Source: Oscillatoria nigro-viridis PCC 7112
GTDB lineage: Bacteria > Cyanobacteriota > Cyanobacteriia > Cyanobacteriales > Microcoleaceae
NCBI RefSeq assembly: GCF_000317475.1
Contig: NC_019729.1
Coordinates: forward strand, 6,707,445-6,731,444
DNA length: 24,000 nucleotides
Direction of reading: 5' to 3'
Shown here: piece after piece, positions 18,015-24,000 of the stretch
Numbering within the stretch: position 1 is the stretch's first letter
Layout of the letters: each line of letters begins with the position of its first letter
Notes under the pieces: model-generated
Told to the model about the DNA's origin: nothing
Database searches by the model: none
The model's input: the letters and a program-made list of their open reading frames with translations, nothing else
Position numbers and translations under genes: made by a program

Positions 18015-18467
18015 TTAATTCTCTGCCGAATTCGGGTGCCACCGAGTAGGTGGATTGTCTCGATCCGTGATTTGTTCTAAATGCGAATTTGTGGTTTTTT
18101 GCAAGTGATGTTCTTTTTGATTTATCACATAAGCGACTGCTGAGTCTAGTTGTTTTTGTCCTAAAGAAAATACTCCGTATCCTTCTTGCCACGAAAATTT
18201 ATTGGGATTTTGCAAAGTTTGATTGAGATAACGGCTGCTGCTACCTTTAATATTTTTAACGAATTCAGCGATCGATTGTGTCGGAGGAATGGAAACTATT
18301 AAGTGGATGTGATTTTCTGTGCCGCCGATCGCATGAAGGATGCAATTGAGGGTGTCTGCTTTGCCGGTGATATAAGAGTAAAGTTCGGTTTCTTTTGCGG
18401 GAGATATGAGAGGCTGTCGCTCTTTTGTTGCCCAAACTAAATGATAGTACAGCAGCCACATTGCCAT
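18015..18467 (-). CDS. tnpA: IS200/IS605-type Y1 (HUH) transposase, RAYT-like (REP-associated), apparently intact
   Basis: 150 aa: MAMWLLYYHLVWATKERQPL..., HUH motif NHIHLIVS, GYGVFS, and C-terminal AYVINQKEHH (Tyr with Gln four residues later, as in IS608 TnpA Y127/Q131). Hairpin repeat clusters flank it on both sides and there is no tnpB next to it. Confidence 0.8.
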   Translation of the reverse strand: MAMWLLYYHLVWATKERQPLISPAKETELYSYITGKADTLNCILHAIGGTENHIHLIVSIPPTQSIAEFVKNIKGSSSRYLNQTLQNPNKFSWQEGYGVFSLGQKQLDSAVAYVINQKEHHLQKTTNSHLEQITDRDNPPTRWHPNSAEN

Positions 18468-18525
18468 AAAAATTTTTCCTCCTAATTTTTTAGGTTAATT
18501 TATCATTTTGCGACCAACTCCGAGA

Positions 18526-18714
18526 GTGCGATCGGGGTCGATCGGGGAGTCCCGTAGTCCGACAGTCCGACAGGGATTGAAATCCCTGTCTCATAGCTGA
18601 AGTCCTCTTAAAGAGGACTGAAGTCTGCCATTGTTTGATTTTGCCCTTCAGTCGGTTTTAACCGACTTTCGCTTTCTCGACGGGGATTTCAATCCCCGGC
18701 GGATCTTCGGGTTA
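18526..18714. repeat. Fourth full copy of the REPIN-like multi-hairpin element, same orientation as the 17445-17964 cluster
   Basis: cagggattgaaatccctgtctcatagctgaagtcctcttaaagaggact...agtcggttttaaccgactttcgctttctcgacggggatttcaatccccggcgga. Confidence 0.85.
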
Positions 18715-18794
18715 GCCCGATCGCCCCAAAGCCCGATCGCCCCAAAGCCCGATCGCCCCAAAGCCCGATCGCCCCAAAGCCCGATCGCCCCAAA
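18715..18794. repeat. Perfect tandem repeat, 5 x 16 bp (gcccgatcgccccaaa)
   Basis: Read directly from the sequence. The 16-mer is the terminal motif of the REPIN-like unit (a single copy lies at 17946-17964). The array ends 28 bp from the dndC stop. Confidence 0.95.
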
Positions 18795-18822
18795 GTGCGA
18801 TCGCCCGATCGACATTATTGAC

Positions 18823-20508
18823 CTAATCTTTGCTATTTTTCTCTCCTACATCGGGAGTAGAAAATTTAATATCCGCCCAAGATAGCTGTCTGCTTTGATT
18901 GCTGCTGCTTTCGAGTTCTTCTTTAAGCTTGGCAATATCAACCGTCTCGTTTTTTGCGGAACTGTTGGTTTGGGCGATCGCATCTTTGAATTGCTGAATT
19001 TTTTCCGTCGGATTTGCTTTAATATCTTCCACCGCTTTTTTTAAATTGCGTTGATAGTGGGCGTTGCCAATCGCTTCTTCCTTCGATCGCGAACTGGTTT
19101 CAAAGCATTTGTCCAAATCGGCGTAAATGCCTGTACGGCGCGGCTTCGTGTAGTATTGGCGTTCTGTATCGAGGAGTTTTGCCATCAATTCGAGGTGCAT
19201 TTTGTCCTCGCTGCAAATCTCTTCGATCGCAGTCCATTCATCGCTACCTAGGAGTTTTCTTTCGGCGGCGGGACGGGAATCTTCAAAAGGTTCGCCCGTG
19301 ACTTCTTCGTAAATTCGGGGCAAAGAGTCGTCAAATTCGTGCTTTTCTTCCAGCCAAATTCGGCGGATTTCGCTAAGTTCTTCCGGGGTAATTAAGGTGA
19401 TGTCGCGCATTTCTAGGGGTGCGGTTTTGCGGATTTGGGTTTGTGCTTCCAAGACTCGTCTCAGCCAGTGTTCTCGCCAGTATTTGGTGTAAGGCCCTGG
19501 GATGGGTTCGACGGAGGTTGTGTCGTCGCCCATGTTGCGTTCAAACAGTTCTACTCTACCGTAAATGCGTCGGAAGTCTCTTTTTGGGCGATCGTCTTTT
19601 ATATCTAATTCGTTGCGAATATCGAGGAGAGGCTGCATCCATTCTTTTTCCTCATCATTCAAAATCATTGCCTGCATAGATTTATCTTGGTCTACCATTG
19701 TACAAACCCAGCAGCCAAAGCGAGAATCTCCACAGCTAGGCGTAGAAGTATCAACGACTAGAGGGCATTCGTTATCTGCTGTCGCACCGCGATACATGGT
19801 AAACAAGTCTTTATTGTCACCTCCCCAAGGGTTAGGATACTGCATTAGATAAAGCCAAACTTCATCATCCCGCCAGTCTTCCACAGGAGTATAAATTAGA
19901 GAGTTAATTAAACGAGAATTAGGACTCAATCGCTCGCGCACTCTACCTGCTTCATGTCTTTTCATTGTTGCAGCGCGTTTGCTGCTCTCAGCCTTTCGAG
20001 TGCCTAAAACAACAATAGTTTCACCGTGAACCCTAACCATTTCACGGATAAAATGGTTAACAGGTTGAATTTTCATACGATCGGTACACCAGCGAAATCC
20101 ATTTCGAGGTGCTGGATAGCCTTTCCCCATTAAGCATACCCAGAATGTTTCTTGAAAGGAAGGATGAAGCAGATGAGGTTCGACTGGCATTTTTTGCTGG
20201 TTAGCTGCTAGCTTAACATATTTAATGCAATTGCGAACCCAGGTAGAAATTATCGGATTTTCAACCAGCGTATCTGTTGTAATTAAATGAATTGTTTTTG
20301 TGCGTTTTTCCAGTGGGAGTGCTGCGATTGCATACCATATTAACTGCAATACTGCACTCGAATCTTTTCCAAAAGATACGCCTAAAACCCAGGGAATTTC
20401 ATCGCTACAATACAAATCCTGAATTTCTTGAGTTAACTTTTCTACATCATCCACTAACTCAGTAACGCTGCGCGGTGGGAATAGTGGCATCTGCTGAGCT
20501 TGTGTCAT
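18823..20508 (-). CDS. dndC: DNA phosphorothioation sulfurtransferase DndC (PAPS-reductase-like ATP pyrophosphatase, Fe-S)
   Basis: ATG at 20508 with AGGAG ~9 nt upstream. PP-loop-like VLGVSFGKDSS, the cysteine motif SCGDSRFGCWVCT, and a length of 561 aa. Confidence 0.93.
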   Translation of the reverse strand: MTQAQQMPLFPPRSVTELVDDVEKLTQEIQDLYCSDEIPWVLGVSFGKDSSAVLQLIWYAIAALPLEKRTKTIHLITTDTLVENPIISTWVRNCIKYVKLAANQQKMPVEPHLLHPSFQETFWVCLMGKGYPAPRNGFRWCTDRMKIQPVNHFIREMVRVHGETIVVLGTRKAESSKRAATMKRHEAGRVRERLSPNSRLINSLIYTPVEDWRDDEVWLYLMQYPNPWGGDNKDLFTMYRGATADNECPLVVDTSTPSCGDSRFGCWVCTMVDQDKSMQAMILNDEEKEWMQPLLDIRNELDIKDDRPKRDFRRIYGRVELFERNMGDDTTSVEPIPGPYTKYWREHWLRRVLEAQTQIRKTAPLEMRDITLITPEELSEIRRIWLEEKHEFDDSLPRIYEEVTGEPFEDSRPAAERKLLGSDEWTAIEEICSEDKMHLELMAKLLDTERQYYTKPRRTGIYADLDKCFETSSRSKEEAIGNAHYQRNLKKAVEDIKANPTEKIQQFKDAIAQTNSSAKNETVDIAKLKEELESSSNQSRQLSWADIKFSTPDVGEKNSKD

Positions 20509-20680
20509 TTTATTAATCTCCTCTTGCTAAGCATCAACACTTGTGCTGTGAATTCCACCCTGTGACGCAACATAATTGTTTGCCCTTGATCGTTGAGCTT
20601 TGAGCGTAATGGTCTGCCTAACTACTATACCCCGTGATGAGTTATAATTAAAGATTAACCTTTAAGTTAATTTACAAGCT
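20509..20680. promoter_or_regulatory. Divergent control region between dndC and the extra DGQHR gene (candidate -10 and operator-like inverted repeat)
   Basis: TATAAT at 20643-20648, 33 nt before the ATG at 20681. Inverted repeat ATTAAC-N6-GTTAAT at 20654-20671. Direct TTGAGC repeats at ~20593-20605. The region is AT-rich, so chance matches are likely. Confidence 0.3.
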
Positions 20681-21856
20681 ATGCCTAATGACAACTCGAA
20701 TCAGCCAGAACTCAACCAGCGACTAGATGAATTCCTTGAGCCGTACTTCGCCAGATACCACCGTCAGAAGTGCTATCCGGGCTTAATCTTTCAGCATGGA
20801 AAGCGAAAAATGGTACAATTCAACGTGCCTGCTGATGACTTACCTACTCTCCTTCAAGCAAAACCTTCTACAAATAACGAGCCTGAGTCTGGTAAAAACC
20901 GTCCAGAGATTAAGGGCCATGCTGAGGAAGTCAAGGAGTACATTCTCAAGCGCGTTAGAAAAGACCAACCCTGGATTGTGGGTACACTCACTGCAAATGT
21001 CGATCCAGAGAAGATTGAAATTATCGAACTAAGTCGGGGCATTTGCTTAGTAGTTATCCCTCGTGGCGTTAAGTTAGATATTACTGACGGACAGCACCGT
21101 AAGCGAGCGATTCACGAATTGATTGAGAGTGCTAACGGCGAGTTAATTGGAGATAATGATTTCCCAATTACGCTAGTTTTAGAAGGCAACTTAAATCAGT
21201 GTCAAAGAGACTTTAGAGATATGGCGCAAACAAAAGCGCTGGATAAATCGTTACTCTTGTCCTTTGGCGAAATGGAAGGTCGAATAGGTATTTGCAAACA
21301 GTTAATTGAACAAGTGCCAATTTTTAAGGGCAAGACAGAGAAAGTTAAAGGTTCTCCATCATCTAAAGAAAAGCGAATATATACAATGAATTATGTAGTA
21401 AAGGCTGTTAGTTGCGCTTTTGCTAACGATCCGAATAACGAGCTGAAAGATTGCGATTTATCAGAATGCTCGGCAGCTATAATTAGTGGTCTCACTCAAT
21501 TTTTTACAGAATGCAGTCTAACTCAATACATTTATGAGACAGAGGCTCATGATTTGACAGTTAATGAAATTGATAACTTTAAAGAAAGTTGTTTATTGGG
21601 CAGGAGCGTGGGAATAGAAATATTAGGAAAGTTACTCTACTGCACTTATGATGCTGATAGCTATTGCTTCGATCCAGAACAAGTATCAGAACTTGCTCAA
21701 CTTGATTGGTCAAGAAAAAGCCACCTTTGGGAAGGAAATGTGGTTTTGTCGAACAATAATCCCAATAATCTTGTTCGTAACTATAGAATAACAGCTAGTG
21801 TTAATGCTGTAAAAATGGCAGTAAATCAAGTAAAAGCCCATCTAGAATGGATTTAA
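20681..21856 (+). CDS. DGQHR-domain (ParB/DndB-like) protein, divergent paralog inserted between dndB and dndC
   Basis: 391 aa. LDITDGQHRKRAIHELIE, with the DGQHR codons at 21086-21100. There is no IRGIQAGREYY-type DndB N-terminus. My hand GC counts on five 60-nt lines average ~39%, against ~50-55% for the neighbouring dndB. Confidence 0.8.
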   Translation: MPNDNSNQPELNQRLDEFLEPYFARYHRQKCYPGLIFQHGKRKMVQFNVPADDLPTLLQAKPSTNNEPESGKNRPEIKGHAEEVKEYILKRVRKDQPWIVGTLTANVDPEKIEIIELSRGICLVVIPRGVKLDITDGQHRKRAIHELIESANGELIGDNDFPITLVLEGNLNQCQRDFRDMAQTKALDKSLLLSFGEMEGRIGICKQLIEQVPIFKGKTEKVKGSPSSKEKRIYTMNYVVKAVSCAFANDPNNELKDCDLSECSAAIISGLTQFFTECSLTQYIYETEAHDLTVNEIDNFKESCLLGRSVGIEILGKLLYCTYDADSYCFDPEQVSELAQLDWSRKSHLWEGNVVLSNNNPNNLVRNYRITASVNAVKMAVNQVKAHLEWI

Positions 21857-21862
21857 CCCATA

Positions 21863-23002
21863 TTATGCGCCTTCCTTGTGGCACGGGCGTCCCGCCTGTG
21901 CTGTATCTGCGGTTTCCAAACCCAACCGATTTTTTAAATAATCAGTCATCCAACTAACACTCGCCCTCGACTTAGAAATCCCCCCTTTCAACAAAATCCC
22001 ATTCTCCCAATCAGGATTAGAAATCGACCAATCAACCTGCTGCAAAAGGCTCAAACGTTCCTCCCAACTCTCAGGAAAAACCGATCGCAAAGCCGCCCCA
22101 ACTTCCCCCAAACTCTCAAGCACAACACTGTGACAGTGTACGCAATCCCGGCGCATTTCCCCCGCCGCAACTTGCTTGTGCAGAACTAATTGCCAATCTG
22201 GAATAAAATTGCTAACCGCATTCCAATAACTAACCGCCAGTTGTATTTTTTGAGCGAGTTCTTCCTCTTTCTGTTCTTTTTTGGTGCGAGAACCAGAGGG
22301 TTGTGCCTGTTTGCTGCCGTGAATATTAGACAGCAAAGCCACGATCGCACGATCGATCGCACTCAGCGTAAACAATTTGTGCGATCGCCCGTTCAAACTC
22401 CCCCTCTCCATCTCAGTCAAACACCGGAAAACCTCAACCTGCTTAACAACCGCCTTCACCACAAAAGCCCGATCGTCCCGGTGGTTGTAAAGTAGACTTA
22501 GCGACGCCTCCAAAGGAACTTGAAAACCATTCAAATCAGCAAACATCTGCTGCGATTTTTCCAACCCAATATCGAGAAACAAAATCAGCGCCACCGTCTC
22601 ATATCCCAACTGCGGATTTTCCCTCAAAGCCATCTCAAAAGCCGCCCGGCGATGCTGTCCGTCATTAATAGTAAACTTAGCATCCATCGGCACTCGCAAG
22701 CGACCTATTTTCCGTTCTTCTGCCTCATTTCCCACAGCTTCAAAAGTAATATCCGCATCAATCGAAGCAGCAATTGCCCCACAAGTATAATTTGTAGGAT
22801 TCTTGACAAAATAATCAGCAATTTCGGGAATCCTAGCTTTGTTAAGCGCGCGTTTTGCCCGCATAGACGGCGGCAAATCTTCAGATTCAAAGGGAAACAA
22901 TTTCGGCAAAAAACGCACCGGACACATCGACACGTAATATTCGCGGCCCGCTTGAATTCCCCGGATAACCGGCAAAATGTATTCAAAAGAAGGAGTAGAC
23001 AT
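21863..23002 (-). CDS. dndB: DNA sulfur modification protein DndB (canonical DGQHR protein)
   Basis: FEYILPVIRGIQAGREYYVSMCPVRFLPKLF, LNKARIPEIADY, FTINDGQHRRAAFEMAL (DGQHR codons at 22649-22663), SQQMFADLN. I prefer ATG 23002 (MSTPSFEY...). The track start at 23062 is a TTG, and an ATG also exists at 23056. Confidence 0.88.
   Translation of the reverse strand: MSTPSFEYILPVIRGIQAGREYYVSMCPVRFLPKLFPFESEDLPPSMRAKRALNKARIPEIADYFVKNPTNYTCGAIAASIDADITFEAVGNEAEERKIGRLRVPMDAKFTINDGQHRRAAFEMALRENPQLGYETVALILFLDIGLEKSQQMFADLNGFQVPLEASLSLLYNHRDDRAFVVKAVVKQVEVFRCLTEMERGSLNGRSHKLFTLSAIDRAIVALLSNIHGSKQAQPSGSRTKKEQKEEELAQKIQLAVSYWNAVSNFIPDWQLVLHKQVAAGEMRRDCVHCHSVVLESLGEVGAALRSVFPESWEERLSLLQQVDWSISNPDWENGILLKGGISKSRASVSWMTDYLKNRLGLETADTAQAGRPCHKEGA
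21877..21902 (-). repeat. Solo inverted copy (26/30 nt) of the 30-bp unit that forms the 13479-13686 array
   Basis: tgtggcacgggcgtcccgcctgtgct is the reverse complement of agcacaggcgggacgcccgtgccaca. It lies inside the last ~13 codons of dndB (…AQAGRPCHKEGA*) and ~20 bp from the stop of the convergent DGQHR gene. Confidence 0.9.
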
Positions 23003-23083
23003 ATTTTTTTGTTGGTTGCAGGTGCGAAGTATGAAGAAATCAGGGGCAAGTGCCATCGTCAATTCACTCGCTTCCTCGATATT

Positions 23084-23253
23084 CCGCCGGGGGTTGAAAC
23101 CCCCGTCTGATAGCGAAAGTCGGTTAAAACCGACTAAACATAAACCTCGAAATTGATCCGTATTCAGTCCTCATAGCGAGGACTTTTGCTATGAGACAGG
23201 GGTTTCAACCCCTGGCGGGCCCGGATGGTGACCGGTTTTCAACCCCTGGCGGA
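23084..23253. repeat. Inverted, diverged copy of the REPIN-like multi-hairpin element (GGGGTTGAAACCCC variant)
   Basis: ccgCCGGGGGTTgaaaCCCCCGtctgatagcgaaAGTCGGTTaaaACCGACT...AGTCCTCatagcGAGGACTtttgctatgagaCAGGGGTTtcaaCCCCTGgcggg. This matches the reverse complement of the 17765-17964 unit, with paired (compensatory) stem changes. An extra partial hairpin lies at 23231-23253. Confidence 0.8.
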
Positions 23254-23398
23254 GTCAGACGGTGGCGCGTGACACCCAGACGCATCTGCATCAAGCCCGA
23301 TCGCCCCTCAGCTATTGACAAATAAAACATTAAATGATATGTAAGGTTGAACTTATTAGTATTTTAAGTATTTCACAAAAATTTTTTAAAAACAAGAG

Positions 23399-23427
23399 TT
23401 GACATACAATTTAACCTATGATATTTT
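23399..23427 (+). promoter_or_regulatory. Candidate sigma70-type promoter for the third DGQHR gene
   Basis: TTGACA (23399-23404), a 17-nt spacer, then TATTTT (23422-23427), ~34 nt before the ATG at 23461. The AT-rich context makes this call weak. Confidence 0.3.
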
Positions 23428-23460
23428 TGAAAAAATAGCCTAATTATATAGAAACCGCCG

Positions 23461-24000
23461 ATGAACGCCAATCCAGCGGATGACCTCGCTAGCAAAATTT
23501 TAGAAAAAGAAAATAGCGACAGACAGGAAATCGCACTTTTATTAGATAATTATTTAGGAAAGGACAATCGCATTTTCGTCCAAAAAACCCAGATGGGAAA
23601 CAGCGAAGCATACATCGGTTCAGTCACCCTAGAATGGTTAGACTCTCGCGTCCGTTTCGCCTCCCAGATGCCGCTTTTCCGCCAAAAATTCGACCTCCAA
23701 ACCAACAACATCGTCCGCGACGACGAAACCATTGACGAAATTATCCAGCGTCCCTTAGATTGGTCGCGCCAAGCCGCCTTAACTCAATATTTAGCAGCCC
23801 GAAAATCGCACAAATTCCCCGCAGTTTTAGTAGTAGTCAGTCCCCCGTGGGTAGATAATCCTTTAGCCGAGGAATGGGATAAAAATGGCGTAGCAACTAA
23901 ATCGGCGGCTGAATTTACATCCTTTGATAAAAACGAGAACTTAGGGCTGTTGAATGTCTCTCAAAAAGTCTCAATTTTTGCCTTAGACGGCCAGCATCGG
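23461..24000 (+). CDS. Third DGQHR-domain protein, N-terminal 180 codons (runs off the right edge)
   Basis: Absent from the ORF track because it has no stop. The ATG at 23461 is the first start after an in-frame TAG (23449-23451). My translation: MNANPADDLASKILEKENSDRQEIALLLDNYLGKDNRIFVQKTQMGNSEAYIGSVTLEWLDSRVRFASQMPLFRQKF...IQRPLDWSRQAALTQYLAARKSHKFPAVLVVVSPPWV...VSIFALDGQHR. The DGQHR codons are the last 15 nt of the window (23986-24000). Confidence 0.75.
   Translation, partial: MNANPADDLASKILEKENSDRQEIALLLDNYLGKDNRIFVQKTQMGNSEAYIGSVTLEWLDSRVRFASQMPLFRQKFDLQTNNIVRDDETIDEIIQRPLDWSRQAALTQYLAARKSHKFPAVLVVVSPPWVDNPLAEEWDKNGVATKSAAEFTSFDKNENLGLLNVSQKVSIFALDGQHR

Noticed and set aside
18015-18467. 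The idea that this tnpA is the missing partner of the tnpB element at 9.7-11.2 kb
   Set aside because: The ends of the tnpB element (ATTTGGTACTCC motif) share nothing with the hairpin repeats flanking the tnpA. The two genes are 7 kb apart with essential genes between them. They look like unrelated IS200/IS605-lineage elements.
17445-18795. Possible CRISPR array or tRNA-like genes, because of GGGATTGAAATCCC / GGGGATTTCAATCCCC stem-loops
   Set aside because: Spacing is irregular and the intervening segments are themselves repeated, so there are no unique spacers. The hairpins lack acceptor, anticodon and D arms, so they are not tRNAs. They are better explained as REP/REPIN-type elements.
22190-23110. 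Plus-strand ORFs (101 and 196 aa) antisense to dndB
   Set aside because: They are shadows opposite a strongly supported DndB ORF, and their translations are low-complexity.

Overview
This is a hand analysis only. No searches were run, and protein-family calls rest on motifs I recognise in the supplied translations. The window looks like chromosomal DNA of a HIP1-rich filamentous cyanobacterium (13 exact GCGATCGC copies seen by eye).

Left third, minus strand: a 443-aa P-loop ATPase, a 680-bp AT-rich gap, an 1824-aa STAND NTPase-TM-14xWD40 protein, and a pentapeptide-repeat gene. Together these could be an NTPase-based conflict or signalling module.

Middle: ftsQ and ftsZ are split by a solo IS200/IS605-family tnpB (RNA-guided nuclease) element. 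Its right end lies about 25-35 nt from the ftsZ start. An MBL-fold hydrolase and thiD follow, with heptamer (STRR-like) and 30-bp tandem repeats in the spacers.

Right 40%: a DNA phosphorothioation locus (dndB, dndC, dndD, dndE), all on the minus strand and all intact, but unusually fragmented:
- An extra, low-GC, oppositely oriented DGQHR (ParB/DndB-like) gene sits between dndB and dndC.
- An IS200-type Y1 transposase (RAYT-like), flanked by clusters of REPIN-like hairpin repeats, sits between dndC and dndD.
- A 266-bp hairpin-bearing gap separates dndD and dndE.
- A third DGQHR gene starts divergently from dndB and runs off the right edge.

No dndA and no dndFGH/pbe/ssp-type restriction genes are visible. 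The three-DGQHR dnd neighbourhood is my best candidate for something not yet described. The ATPase plus giant STAND pair is second.
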